DNA of 64,000 nucleotides from Promethearchaeia archaeon (lineage in GTDB: Archaea > Asgardarchaeota > Lokiarchaeia > Sigyniarchaeales > SOKP01): assembly GCA_029856045.1 (NCBI GenBank), contig JAHQWG010000016.1:320001-384000 (forward strand). The letters run 5' to 3'. The notes under the pieces are model-generated. The model searched no databases. It saw only the letters and a list, made by a program, of their open reading frames with translations, and was not told where the DNA came from. This document shows positions 39,048 through 49,967 of the stretch, in pieces. A program made the translations under genes and the position numbers. Numbering within the stretch: the stretch's first letter is position 1; the number at the start of each line of letters is the position of its first letter.

Positions 39048-39719
39048 ATGTATTACTTCAAAGTATCACTATTTAATACTTGGAATCCCCTAGATGTAAA
39101 AATATCATCAGACGTGAATTTAATTTCCTTGAAGTATATACTTGGAAAATTTCCAAAGATCGAAAACAAGTTTTTTGAGGATCTTGAAGAGAGTATTAAG
39201 AAAAAACCACATTATTTTTCACAGGATTCTATTAAAAGAGTTATTGGACCAGAAAAGGAAGAATATGATATATCTAATTGGTTTTTTCTATGGGGTTTTG
39301 ACTTTAAGAAACGTGGGTATCAATTGTTAATCCAAATTGATAAAGAAGGAAAGGGCATATTAGCAGCGATTGGTCCAATGGAATTGGCATCCTTCTTCGA
39401 TCGGATGAAATTGAATAGTATATTACCAACACTATCTTTAATAAATTCACCAGATAAGATGAAATTTGTAGTTTTTTTAAAACCGAGAGGTGATTCGATT
39501 ATTAAAGGATTAGAGATGGAGGGCATTGAAAAGGGAAAAATCCAGCAAATAATGGATTACTGGAAAACTTTAAAAAACATTGATGGCCAATGGTTTCCAA
39601 CATTTAAACCCAGATGTCCTAGATGTGGTAATCTTATAGAAGGATTACATGGTTATGAGATTGGTTTTATTCCATTTATATGTCCTAAATGTGGATATGA
39701 GATAAAAAAAAAGAGTTAA
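39048..39719 (+). CDS. Hypothetical protein with C-terminal zinc ribbon
   Basis: CPRCG...CPKCG at the C-terminus. Confidence 0.7.
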   Translation: MYYFKVSLFNTWNPLDVKISSDVNLISLKYILGKFPKIENKFFEDLEESIKKKPHYFSQDSIKRVIGPEKEEYDISNWFFLWGFDFKKRGYQLLIQIDKEGKGILAAIGPMELASFFDRMKLNSILPTLSLINSPDKMKFVVFLKPRGDSIIKGLEMEGIEKGKIQQIMDYWKTLKNIDGQWFPTFKPRCPRCGNLIEGLHGYEIGFIPFICPKCGYEIKKKS

Positions 39720-39741
39720 TATTTTTTCAAACTCTTAAATT

Positions 39742-40476
39742 CTATTCTCTTTGAATTTTATCCCTAAATTCAAGAAGTATATCGGGATAATTAGTATAAA
39801 TCGCATCCACGTTTTTACCATTATAATTCATTTTTAAAAATCTTTTCATATAAAATTGAGTATCTACACCCCAAATATAAAAACTAAATCCAGCATTTTT
39901 GATTTGCTTAAAAAAGTTCATTTTAGCTTGAATATTTCTGATATTGAAACCGTAGATTTTTAATTTATTCATCTTATTGAATTTTAAATCTTTTTCTTCT
40001 ATAATTGGGTGTCTTTCTGATATCGAATAAATTAATTTTGCTTCTTTCTCTATTTTTCTTATTTTAGAAAAAAGGTAAAAATAATTTCCAACTAACTCTA
40101 CTTTCTCAAGTATATTATATTCTCTGGCAAGTCTAATTATTTTAAAACCAACATTATTATCTTTTAAATCGATACTATACTTAATATTTTTACTTTTAAA
40201 TATATCAAATACTTCACCTAAGGTAGGAATTTTTTTATTTTCTTCAAGGCGAATTTCTTTAATTTGTTTTAAAGTCAATTTATTTATCTCAATCTTTTTA
40301 CCATCTTTTTCCACGAAATAATCGTGAAAGAGAACTATATGTCCATCTTTAGAAAGATGAGCATCCGTTTCAATCCCATCAACCCCCATCTCAACAGCTT
40401 TTCGAAAGGAATCGATTGTATTTTCAACTGAATAAATCCCCGCCCCTCTATGCCCCCATATAAAAGTTCGATTCAA
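39742..40476 (-). CDS. Glycerophosphodiester phosphodiesterase
   Basis: GHRGA, ENT, GIETD, VLFHD, IPTL.EV, IYTNYP. Confidence 0.92.
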   Translation of the reverse strand: MNRTFIWGHRGAGIYSVENTIDSFRKAVEMGVDGIETDAHLSKDGHIVLFHDYFVEKDGKKIEINKLTLKQIKEIRLEENKKIPTLGEVFDIFKSKNIKYSIDLKDNNVGFKIIRLAREYNILEKVELVGNYFYLFSKIRKIEKEAKLIYSISERHPIIEEKDLKFNKMNKLKIYGFNIRNIQAKMNFFKQIKNAGFSFYIWGVDTQFYMKRFLKMNYNGKNVDAIYTNYPDILLEFRDKIQRE

Positions 40477-40631
40477 ATATAAAACACTTAAAAAATTAAT
40501 AATAGTTCCTAATTTTGAGTATGAATGATTAAATTATTTAAAAATCTTAAATGAATCTTAAAAATTTTTTTATATTATAAGATTTATACAAATAATATTT
40601 ATTAAATAACAATATTTAAGACTCAAGAATT

Positions 40632-42182
40632 ATGTATGTCGCAGCTCTAGATTTGGGAACGTCTGGATGCCGAACAATTATTTTTGATGTTATGGGTTCC
40701 ATAGTGTCAAGCTATTATGAAGAATGGGAGAGCTATTTCCCATCACCATTAATGGTTGAGCAATCGGCAGATCAATGGTATGAAAAATTAAAAATTACAA
40801 TAAAAAATGCAATTGAAAAGGTTTCAATAAACCCACAGGAAATTGTAAGTATTTCAATCACCAATCAGCGTGAAACTATTGTTCCCATTGATGTAGAAGG
40901 AAATTCTTTATATAATGCAATAGTGTGGCAAGATAGAAGAACAACAAATGAATGTGAGATAATTAAAAAAAAGGTTGGAATTGATAAAATCTATAAAATA
41001 ACGGGTTTAACAATAGATCCATATTTTTCTGCCTCAAAAATTCTATGGTTTAAGAACAAAAAACAAGAAATTTATAATAAAACACATAAATTTCTATTGG
41101 TTCATGATTATATTTTATATAAATTAACTGGACAATTTTATACTGATTTTTCTAATGCTTCAAGAACGATGCTATTTGACATCAATACCTTAAAATGGTC
41201 AGATGAGATTGCATCCTTACTTGGAATTGATCTTGATAAAATGCCTACACCTGTAGAAAGTGGTATTGATATAGGTGAATTAACAGCAAATGATACTAGT
41301 TTTGATAAAAAAACGCTTGTAATTACCGGAGCAGGCGATCAACAAGCAGCTGCATTAGGTGTTGGGGTAGTTGAACCTGGCCGAATTAAATGTACTACCG
41401 GGACTGGCTCTTTTATTCTTGCTTATTTAGAAGAACCTCAATTCGACCCCAAAAAGCGAGTATTGTGCAGTTGTCACGCAGTTCCAGGTTCGTGGGTTCA
41501 AGAAGCAAGTATTTTTTCAACTGGAGCTGTTTTTCGTTGGGCTAGAGATCAAATTGGTTTTGAGGAGCGTGAAAAAACTGAATCTGGAAAAGATCCGTAT
41601 GATTTAATGACAAAAATGGCAGAAGAAAGTCCCGTAGGGGCAAATGGATTGATAATGGTCCCCCACTTTGCAGGAGCAGGAGCTCCTTACTGGAATCCTT
41701 ATGCTAGAGGGATTTTATTTGGATTAACATTGGGACATACACGAGCTGATATTTATCGCGCAATTATGGAAAGTGTTGCCTTTGAAGTTAAGAAAAACAT
41801 TCAAATTTTTAATGAACTGAACTTTGAATCAAAAGAATTAAGAGTTACTGGTGGTGGTTCCCGATCGAATTTATGGAATAGTATTATAGCCGATATTGTT
41901 GGAATACCAACATTTAGACCAGAATTGGAGGAGGCTACGGCTTTAGGTGCAGCAATACTAGCCGCTTCTGGCGCTGGAATTTTTCCTGATATTGCAAAAG
42001 CTGCAAATGATATTTGTAAAATTAGTGATAAATGGTATCCGAATAAAGAAAATAATCAAATTTACGAATCAATATTTAATTTTTATAATATTTTTTATAG
42101 TAATTTGGAGAACTCCAATATGTATCGAAAATTTTTCGATTTAAATTTATACAAAAAAAAAAAGGAAGAAAAACAAGAATAA
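40632..42182 (+). CDS. FGGY carbohydrate kinase, glycerol kinase-like
   Basis: DLGTS, ITNQRET, VWQDRRT, DPYFSASK, NASRTMLF, GDQQAA, GAPYW..YARG (GlpK-like signatures). Confidence 0.88.
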   Translation: MYVAALDLGTSGCRTIIFDVMGSIVSSYYEEWESYFPSPLMVEQSADQWYEKLKITIKNAIEKVSINPQEIVSISITNQRETIVPIDVEGNSLYNAIVWQDRRTTNECEIIKKKVGIDKIYKITGLTIDPYFSASKILWFKNKKQEIYNKTHKFLLVHDYILYKLTGQFYTDFSNASRTMLFDINTLKWSDEIASLLGIDLDKMPTPVESGIDIGELTANDTSFDKKTLVITGAGDQQAAALGVGVVEPGRIKCTTGTGSFILAYLEEPQFDPKKRVLCSCHAVPGSWVQEASIFSTGAVFRWARDQIGFEEREKTESGKDPYDLMTKMAEESPVGANGLIMVPHFAGAGAPYWNPYARGILFGLTLGHTRADIYRAIMESVAFEVKKNIQIFNELNFESKELRVTGGGSRSNLWNSIIADIVGIPTFRPELEEATALGAAILAASGAGIFPDIAKAANDICKISDKWYPNKENNQIYESIFNFYNIFYSNLENSNMYRKFFDLNLYKKKKEEKQE

Positions 42183-42273
42183 TGTTACTGTTTAATCAAA
42201 TGATTTAATTATATGAAAATAAATAATTTTATATAATTACTTCATTATTTTTCTGTTAGATATTTAATTAAAT

Positions 42274-42912
42274 TTGGTTGAGATTAAAATGGAAGTATCA
42301 AAAAACGAAAAATTTCAAGAACCAGAGGAAATCGATAAATATCTAAAGCGTCAAATAACTATAGGAAAAATTTTTTTCGTATTTCTAACAATATCAATAA
42401 TTATATGCATTGGTGGTGCGGTATATACTTTAGCAGATATATTTATACCAACTGGAAAACTGGAAGAATTCCTAGCATTAGGATTTGGGCTGCAAATTGC
42501 TGTTTTAGGCAGTTTATTTGCCGGTTTGTTTTTTTTATTAGTAGCTTTTTATGCATTATATAAAAAGGGCAATAAAAAAATTCTAAAAATTTTATTTAAA
42601 GAAAAAAAGCAGATTTTAGACAAATATCGAGGAAAAGTGGGTGTAAAAGTAATTGTATTTGGTGTTTTAATAAGTATTTGTTTTGTTATAGTTGGTATCC
42701 TTTATAGTCTTCTTGAGGTCCTTCTTCTTAGTGGAGGTGAATTCCAAGGTTTAATAGCCTTTTTAGACTCGCTTACTGGAGGACAACGAATTTTATTAAT
42801 TGGATTAGTATCTTTGTCATTGATTGTACTTATTATACTATTTAAATACTTTATTGACCATGGTTATTATCTTATTCTTAAGTTATTATACAATATCGAA
42901 GAGACTGAATAA
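42274..42912 (+). CDS. Hypothetical 4-TM membrane protein with internal duplication
   Basis: Two similar 2-TM modules, each ending G...ILK.L. Confidence 0.75.
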   Translation: MVEIKMEVSKNEKFQEPEEIDKYLKRQITIGKIFFVFLTISIIICIGGAVYTLADIFIPTGKLEEFLALGFGLQIAVLGSLFAGLFFLLVAFYALYKKGNKKILKILFKEKKQILDKYRGKVGVKVIVFGVLISICFVIVGILYSLLEVLLLSGGEFQGLIAFLDSLTGGQRILLIGLVSLSLIVLIILFKYFIDHGYYLILKLLYNIEETE

Positions 42913-43028
42913 AATATTAAAGATTTTTTTTAATTATTTTTTTATTCTCTTAAAAACTTTCACACTATTGTTATTTAAATAAATCTCATTGTACTATATT
43001 TTTAAAAAAAGAGATTTAAAGATCTAAC

Positions 43029-44561
43029 TTGTCAAATAAAATTGGAACAGTATTTTCTATACCCCAGATGGATGTACCAAATGTGTCAAATTACGCTTTT
43101 GTTTTATCTAAGGGTAAGCAAAAATCTGTTGTTAAAAAGGGTTTATTTTGTATAACTCAAACTGCTGAGGGGTGGCTAATCGGAGTTGTTGAAAAAATAA
43201 TTTTAGAAAATGAGTATTTTTCTAATGTTCAAACTGTAAAAGATTATAATGAAAATAATCCAAATGTTATTAAAGGAATGTTTCCATCTGAAAATTTTGA
43301 ATATGGAATTGCTATTAATAAGTGTTTGGGAATAATATCCTTTAAAGATGAAACAAAAACAAAAATATCTAGTATTAAACGGATGTTGTTTCCTGCTAAA
43401 CCAGGAGCTGAAGTTTATCTATGTAGTAAAGAAATTCTGAGTGAGTTCTTGGGATTCAACAATCAAAATGGTTTAAATTTAGGTAGCGTAAAAATTGCGA
43501 ATTTTGATACAAAAATCGACATCAATAGACTTTTGAATAAACATTTTGCAACTTTAGCAATTTCGGGAGCAGGTAAAAGTTATTTAACCTCTGTTCTGTT
43601 AGAAGAGTTGCTTTTAAGGGATAAAGAGAGCGGGGTTCCAGCAATTATTTTAATTGACGTCCATGGTGAATATGTTTATTTTCATAATATTAAGAAATTC
43701 AAAAATCGAGTAAACATTCAAGATTCTTCTTATTTTCAGATTTCTGTGCCAAAATTATTTGCTAAATCTTTTAAAAAGTATCAAGAAAATATTTCAGCTG
43801 CTCAAGTAAGAGAATTAAATAAAATTTTAACAAAAATTAGAAATCAAAAACAAAGCAAATCATATACAATCAAAGACATTATTGATAATATTGAAAATGA
43901 TGATGAGATTAATAAAAGCACTCAACAAGCCTTAATTGGATGGTTAGATGAATTAGATTACCTACGACTCTTTGGCTCCCAAGAGAATCCTCCAATTGAG
44001 CATCTATTAAAAACTGGAAATTTAACAATCTTCAATTTACAATCTGAGACCTCTATTCGCAAAAAACAGATTATAGTTGATTACATTGCGAGCCAACTCT
44101 TTTATTTCCGAAAGAAAAACAAAATTCCTCCTTTTCTGCTAATTATAGAAGAATCTCATCAATTTTGTCCTGAAGCGGCACAATCAAAGGCAATATCTAA
44201 ATGGATAATTGAAACAATCGCTCGAGAAGGAAGGAAATTTATGGCGTGTTTGAATTTGATCTCCCAGCGTCCAAAACGATTGAGTTCTACTGCTTTATCC
44301 CAATGTAATTCTAAATTAATATTGAAAATCTCTAACCCTTATGATTTAAAACATATTCAGGAATCAGATGAATCCATTACAAAATCATATACTGAAATGA
44401 TTTCCAGCTTAGCAGTGGGAGAATTATTGATTGTTGGAAATGCAGTAAATTATCCTACATTTATTGAAGTACGCCAACGTATTAGCGATCCAACCAAATC
44501 ACACTCATTAATAGAAATGTCTAGTCACTGGTGGAATCTTCATGAGAAGGAGAAAAATTAA
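43029..44561 (+). CDS. herA: HerA/FtsK-superfamily ATPase
   Basis: HAS-barrel-like N-terminus, KHFATLAISGAGKS, IDVHGEY, IIEESH, IAREGRKF, SQRP. Confidence 0.85.
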   Translation: MSNKIGTVFSIPQMDVPNVSNYAFVLSKGKQKSVVKKGLFCITQTAEGWLIGVVEKIILENEYFSNVQTVKDYNENNPNVIKGMFPSENFEYGIAINKCLGIISFKDETKTKISSIKRMLFPAKPGAEVYLCSKEILSEFLGFNNQNGLNLGSVKIANFDTKIDINRLLNKHFATLAISGAGKSYLTSVLLEELLLRDKESGVPAIILIDVHGEYVYFHNIKKFKNRVNIQDSSYFQISVPKLFAKSFKKYQENISAAQVRELNKILTKIRNQKQSKSYTIKDIIDNIENDDEINKSTQQALIGWLDELDYLRLFGSQENPPIEHLLKTGNLTIFNLQSETSIRKKQIIVDYIASQLFYFRKKNKIPPFLLIIEESHQFCPEAAQSKAISKWIIETIAREGRKFMACLNLISQRPKRLSSTALSQCNSKLILKISNPYDLKHIQESDESITKSYTEMISSLAVGELLIVGNAVNYPTFIEVRQRISDPTKSHSLIEMSSHWWNLHEKEKN

Positions 44562-44834
44562 TTAAAACATATTTTCTAACACTTCTTTATTTAATACATT
44601 ATTGTTTTTCTGTAACGTAATCATTCTTTTCGTTTTTGATACTTTCTGTAGATATATTACTCCCATCGTTTCTAACTTCAATAAATATTCATTCAGAATG
44701 ACCATATTTAAATATGAATAACTTTTTTTTAACAACTCTAAAAGCCTTTGATCCATAATTTCTCCTTTTTGAGATACAATAATGTCGATTATCTCATTGA
44801 TTACTGGTTTAGCGCTCCAAATTCCTGATTTCAT
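44562..44834 (-). CDS. Small winged-helix protein
   Basis: LNEYLLKLETMGVIYL helix-wing pattern; co-oriented downstream of cdc48. Confidence 0.65.
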   Translation of the reverse strand: MKSGIWSAKPVINEIIDIIVSQKGEIMDQRLLELLKKSYSYLNMVILNEYLLKLETMGVIYLQKVSKTKRMITLQKNNNVLNKEVLENMF

Positions 44835-44910
44835 TTTTATATATCACACTTTTTAAAATATCTTTTTAATTAATTATTATAAATTTTTATAAAAAATATC
44901 TATTTGGAAA

Positions 44911-47175
44911 TTAAACAAAAAATTGCTCTTCCGGCTTTTTACCAATGCTACCTCTTCTTAGAATCTTCTCAAATTCTTGGTAAAATTTAACGATCTCATC
45001 CGTAATTGTAGGATGTATGGATTCTAATGCTTCTTTGAAATGATCCTTGGATACTTTTCTTTTATTAATATTTTCTCTAAGTGCAACCATTGCTGCTTCT
45101 CTGCAAAAGGATTCTATATCTGCACCTGTAAAATTATTGGTTATTTCTAATAATTCATCAATTTTAACATCAGACGCAAGAGGAATATCTTTGAGAAAAA
45201 TTTTAAATATTAATCTTCTATCTTCTTTTGTTGGTGCTGGAATAAATAATAATCTATCAATTCTCCCAGGACGAATTAAGGCTGGATCTAGGATATCTGG
45301 CCTGTTTGTTGCAGCAATTACAATAATATCTTGCATTTGTTCTAATCCGTCTAATTCAGTTAGAAATTGAGAAATAACACGTTCAGTGACTCCTGAATCT
45401 CCATAATGTCCACCCCGTCGAGGGGCGATTGAATCTAATTCATCGAAAAATATGATACATGGTGAAGCTAATTTGGCTTTTCTAAAGATTTCCCTTATCG
45501 CTTTCTCACTTTCTCCAACCCATTTGGATAATAATTCCGGTCCCTTAATAGAAATAAAATTGGCTTTAGTTTCAGTAGCTACTGCTCTTGCTAAAAGAGT
45601 TTTTCCACAACCTGGGGGTCCAAATAATAATATGCCACGGGGTGGCTTAATACCCATTCTCTCAAAAACTTTTGGGTTAGATAATGGCCAATCTATAGAT
45701 TCTATTAATCGTTGTTTTACATTATCTAAACCACCAACTTCATCCCACTTAACTCGTGGTACTTCAATGAATACCTCTCTAATTCCTGAAGGTGTGACCT
45801 CTTTTAAAGCACTATTAAAATCTTCTTCAATCACTTCTATTTGTTCTAGTAATTCTGGGTCAATTTCTTCAGATTCTAAATCTATATGAGGTAAATATCT
45901 TCGCAATGCTGCCATTGCCGCTTCACGACATACTGCAGATACATCAGCTCCTACAAATCCATGAGTATTTCTAGATAATTCTTTTAAATTGACTCCTTTT
46001 GCAAGTGGCATATTTCTTGTATGTATTAAAAATATTTCATAACGTCCTTTCTCATCAGGGACTTTAATCTCAATTTCTCTATCAAATCGTCCTGGTCTTC
46101 TTAAAGCAGGATCTAAACTATTGGGGCGATTTGTAGCCCCAATGACAATTACTTTACCTCTAGCATGTAATCCATCCATTAAAGCTAACATTTGAGCAAC
46201 AACTCTTCGTTCTACTTCACCTGTAACTGTCTCTCTTTTTGGAGCTATTGCATCAATCTCATCAATAAATATAATCCCGGGAGCTTTTTCTTCCGCTTCT
46301 TGAAATAGTTTTCGTAATCTTTTCTCAGATTCACCATAAAATTTACTCATAATTTCAGGTCCATTAATTGATATAAAATGTGCTTCACTTTCATTGGCTA
46401 CTGCTTTCGCCAATAATGTCTTCCCACAACCGGGAGGACCACGAAGTAATACACCTTTTGGTGGATCAATCCCTAATCTTTTAAATAATGATGGATGTCG
46501 AAGAGGTAGTTCAACCATTTCTCTCACACGGGTAATTTCTTTATCTAAACCACCAACATCTTCATAAGTTACGTAAGAAACCCCCATTTTTTCCTCTTCG
46601 CTAATTTTTTCGCTTATATGAAGAATCGTCTGCTCATTATTTATGATACAGATTCCTTTAGGATTTGTTCGAATTACTTTAAAGGTAATTTCTCTCGAAA
46701 TTCCAATTGAGATAAAAATAGTATCGTTAATGTTAATTGGATAATTATCTAATTTCCTCTTGACAAAACTTTCAAATCGTGGATTTGATCTGATCTTAAC
46801 TTCGCTAGGAGCTAAAATTACATTTTTCGCAATTTTAATATTCACTTTTCGTAGCTCAACTACATCATCAATACTTGCTCCAGTGTTTTTACGAAGCCTT
46901 GAGTCAATCCTAACTATATTCAGACCTGAATCTTGAGGATAACTTGGCCATGCTATGCCTGCACTTTCTGTTTTACCTTTAATTGCAACAACATCACCTG
47001 TTTTAATATTCAACCGTTCCATAACTTCATGGTCAATTCTTATAATGTTTCTTCCGATATCACGCTTTTTGGCTTTTTGAATTCTCAAATGTACTTTTCC
47101 ATAAGATTCCTCAATCTCTTCTTCTTCCTCCTCTTCCTCATCCTCCTCAAAATCATCGTCTTTAGATTCATCCAT
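44911..47175 (-). CDS. cdc48: Cdc48/VCP (p97) AAA+ ATPase; start corrected to ATG 47175
   Basis: N-domain plus two AAA modules (GPPGCGKT x2, IDEID/FDELD, RPGRFDR/RPGRIDR); AGGGA SD before 47175. Confidence 0.97.
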   Translation of the reverse strand: MDESKDDDFEEDEEEEEEEEIEESYGKVHLRIQKAKKRDIGRNIIRIDHEVMERLNIKTGDVVAIKGKTESAGIAWPSYPQDSGLNIVRIDSRLRKNTGASIDDVVELRKVNIKIAKNVILAPSEVKIRSNPRFESFVKRKLDNYPININDTIFISIGISREITFKVIRTNPKGICIINNEQTILHISEKISEEEKMGVSYVTYEDVGGLDKEITRVREMVELPLRHPSLFKRLGIDPPKGVLLRGPPGCGKTLLAKAVANESEAHFISINGPEIMSKFYGESEKRLRKLFQEAEEKAPGIIFIDEIDAIAPKRETVTGEVERRVVAQMLALMDGLHARGKVIVIGATNRPNSLDPALRRPGRFDREIEIKVPDEKGRYEIFLIHTRNMPLAKGVNLKELSRNTHGFVGADVSAVCREAAMAALRRYLPHIDLESEEIDPELLEQIEVIEEDFNSALKEVTPSGIREVFIEVPRVKWDEVGGLDNVKQRLIESIDWPLSNPKVFERMGIKPPRGILLFGPPGCGKTLLARAVATETKANFISIKGPELLSKWVGESEKAIREIFRKAKLASPCIIFFDELDSIAPRRGGHYGDSGVTERVISQFLTELDGLEQMQDIIVIAATNRPDILDPALIRPGRIDRLLFIPAPTKEDRRLIFKIFLKDIPLASDVKIDELLEITNNFTGADIESFCREAAMVALRENINKRKVSKDHFKEALESIHPTITDEIVKFYQEFEKILRRGSIGKKPEEQFFV

Positions 47176-47277
47176 AATTTTCAGTCCCTTTCTTTTTAAA
47201 AATCTTAATTTGTTTCTCCTTAAAAATAAAGAAATTAACAAATACTAAAAGTTTTTTGATTTATTAAATACATATGT

Positions 47278-48327
47278 TCATTTAAAAAATTGTTCTAAAG
47301 ATGTTTGCTTTTTTGCAGATTCTATTTTTTTTAATCTTTCAAGGGCATTTTTAACCCGAGATTCTGAAAAATTGTGTTTATTAATTAAAAAATCTTCAAT
47401 TTTATCAAAATTTGGTTTTCCTTTATCTAATGATTGATAATTCTCCTCAATTGAGGGATTTAGAAATAAATCCTTAACCTTTTCAATTAAATCGAGATCT
47501 AGTTCTATTATTTGACCCCTAATTTTTACTTTTTTTGCTACTATCTCTTCTATCGAATTATGTTTTTTTATTAAACTATAAGCCGTTTTTTCACCAATTC
47601 CTGTTACTCCCTCGTAAAAATCAGTTCCAATTAAAATCCCCATCTCAATAAGCTGCTCTCTTTTAATATTTAAATTTTCTAATAGTTTGGACAATAATAT
47701 CCATTCAATATCCAAATTTACTGATGTTTCTCTTACCTTCCTTGATCTAGTAACTGCAAAATTCCTAAGTAATCTTTTAGCTCCAAATAACAATGTGTCA
47801 TAATCTTGAGAAGCAGATGCCCATACATCTCCATTATTTACCATATAAGCAATTTGCGCCTCGCCCTCTGAAGGAGCTTGAACAACTGGAACACCTAAAT
47901 AATTAAGAAGAATTTTACTATCCTCAATCATCTTTTCATCTAATTTGGATGTAGCTTGTGCAAATTTTCTCGCTTCTACTAAATCTCCCTTTAATTGTGC
48001 TTCTTCCATTCTTCCTTTTGCTTCTAATTTTCTCTCTTTTCTCTCTCTTATAATTTCCAACTTTAAATTTGAAGGTTTTCCATCAAAAACATAAATTGGG
48101 TGAATATTTGCTTCAAGAAAATTAATTGTTCTATAAAATAACCCAGATAAATGTGAAGTAATATTTCCTTGATAATCCTTTAAGGGAGTACCATCTTGCT
48201 GCCTAATTATAGCAAGGAACTGGTATAAAGTATTGAAAGCATCAATCGCAATCTTCTTATTGAATAAATTCTCAAAAGTGATAATTCTTTTTGCTTCCCT
48301 TACTAGCTCACTTATTTTAACTCCCAT
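47278..48327 (-). CDS. fen: Flap endonuclease 1
   Basis: MGV, DAFNTLYQFL, APSEGEAQ, SQDYD, GTD; PIP box QTSLEQFF. Confidence 0.97.
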   Translation of the reverse strand: MGVKISELVREAKRIITFENLFNKKIAIDAFNTLYQFLAIIRQQDGTPLKDYQGNITSHLSGLFYRTINFLEANIHPIYVFDGKPSNLKLEIIRERKERKLEAKGRMEEAQLKGDLVEARKFAQATSKLDEKMIEDSKILLNYLGVPVVQAPSEGEAQIAYMVNNGDVWASASQDYDTLLFGAKRLLRNFAVTRSRKVRETSVNLDIEWILLSKLLENLNIKREQLIEMGILIGTDFYEGVTGIGEKTAYSLIKKHNSIEEIVAKKVKIRGQIIELDLDLIEKVKDLFLNPSIEENYQSLDKGKPNFDKIEDFLINKHNFSESRVKNALERLKKIESAKKQTSLEQFFK

Positions 48328-48402
48328 ATAACAATCGTCCAGTTAAAATCTTATTCAAACAATTATCAAATGTAATAATCTATTTGAACCTTTTAAATCA
48401 CA

Positions 48403-49341
48403 CTATTTTGAAGGCAGCCGAATTCTCGGTAATATCTTTTGTAACCTATAAAAATAACTTTTACCAATATTACTTGAGAGTCTTATTAGCTTGAAAGTTT
48501 CTTCTGACATCTTAACCCGAATTTTATTTTTTGGATATACTTTTGTTATTACGCGGCGTCCATCAATAATTAAGGTTCCATTTAAATGTGCTCTTAATAA
48601 AGTTATTTCAAATTCTGAATCTTTTGGAAAAATCATCGGAACTAATCCTGAACGTGCATATGGGTTTATGGGGACTAATTGGATAACCTCCATGCTTGGA
48701 GCTAAAATTGCTCCTCCAGCTGAGAATGCATAAGCAGTGCTTCCTGTGGGTGTTGATAATATCAATCCATCTAGATATGCATTTGAGAGAAATTCACCAT
48801 TCACTTTAACAGATATTTGCATCACTTTAGACTGTCTTGTAGAAATTAATAACACCTCATTTATTGCCTCATCCAATTGAATATTTGAATTAGGAGATGT
48901 AGACAAAAAAGTAGATAATCGAGAGCACTCTTCTACCAAATATTTTCTATTTAAAATTTTTTCTAGATCATTATATACTGTCTTTTCATTACCTTCACTT
49001 AAGAAGGCGATTGAAGTTCCAGTTTTTGCACAACCATATACTGGAGGCGTTTCTTTTTTAGGTAATCCATGAAACACACGTAAAATCGATCCATCACCTC
49101 CTACTGAAATGACGAACTTGATTTTATTTTCTGTCATTTGATTAAGTTCCATTCCTAAATCTTCTCTACCTAATCTATTGCATATCCTTTTTTCTAAGAA
49201 AACTCTTTCGCCCTTCTCAAATAAGAAACTCATAATTCTTCTTGCTAAATTAATCGATTCAATTGAATCCATACGAGATGTGATCGCAATTGCATCTTCT
49301 TTTTGTCCCACTTCTACATACGCCTCTGTTATTTTTTGCAA
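48403..49341 (-). CDS. nadK: NAD kinase
   Basis: GGDGS, AINE, DGLILSTPTGSTAYAFSAGG. Confidence 0.94.
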   Translation of the reverse strand: MQKITEAYVEVGQKEDAIAITSRMDSIESINLARRIMSFLFEKGERVFLEKRICNRLGREDLGMELNQMTENKIKFVISVGGDGSILRVFHGLPKKETPPVYGCAKTGTSIAFLSEGNEKTVYNDLEKILNRKYLVEECSRLSTFLSTSPNSNIQLDEAINEVLLISTRQSKVMQISVKVNGEFLSNAYLDGLILSTPTGSTAYAFSAGGAILAPSMEVIQLVPINPYARSGLVPMIFPKDSEFEITLLRAHLNGTLIIDGRRVITKVYPKNKIRVKMSEETFKLIRLSSNIGKSYFYRLQKILPRIRLPSK

Positions 49342-49439
49342 TATTAATTAAAAATACCTTAAAAAACTTCTTATGAAATAGATATTTCAGAAAGAAAATA
49401 TAGTTTTAGTTTGAAATAAAATAGATTTAGTTGCTTAAA

Positions 49440-49868
49440 TTATTCAGTACTTATCCGTTTGATTAATTTTTTACCCAATAAATCCCAATATTCAATTATT
49501 GAATGGCTCATTTTATCTTCATCTTGTTGTAATTCCTTGAGTTTATTAATTAAGTCTTGTTCCTTAGGCCATTCAATATCAAATGACTCATAACTCTCAC
49601 TATTCATAATCTGCAATGAATTGTCTTCTATAAAATTTATATGAGCTGTTCCTTTAAAAATATCAGGAGTGTCGACCATATGTCCAGATGGAATTGTTAA
49701 AGAACGTTTATTTCCATCAAAGAGACCTACGCACACAACCCTCATTTTTGCATGTCCATGTTTACCGGATTTACTTTTTTCAATAGATTTAATTAAACAA
49801 GGCTCTTCATCCTCAATAAGATAAGACCCAGCTTTTAATTTTTGAATTTCAGTTTTTCTTATTGACAT
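49440..49868 (-). CDS. eif5a: Translation factor aIF5A
   Basis: SKSGKHGHAK hypusine-site motif. Confidence 0.96.
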   Translation of the reverse strand: MSIRKTEIQKLKAGSYLIEDEEPCLIKSIEKSKSGKHGHAKMRVVCVGLFDGNKRSLTIPSGHMVDTPDIFKGTAHINFIEDNSLQIMNSESYESFDIEWPKEQDLINKLKELQQDEDKMSHSIIEYWDLLGKKLIKRISTE

Positions 49869-49967
49869 TTTTAATACTATTTTTTAATTTTTTATTATTT
49901 CCTTCGTTAATTTATCATATTTAATATTTTTTTTTGTTTTTGTTAATCTTTTAAACTTACTTTTTAT

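Noticed and set aside
47110-47160. Purine-triplet microsatellite-like tract
   Set aside because: It simply encodes the acidic N-terminus of Cdc48.
45047-47199. Plus-strand ORFs inside cdc48, and similar antisense ORFs within gatE, elp3, rrp41, nadC and others
   Set aside because: Antisense shadows of conserved genes, with no motifs.
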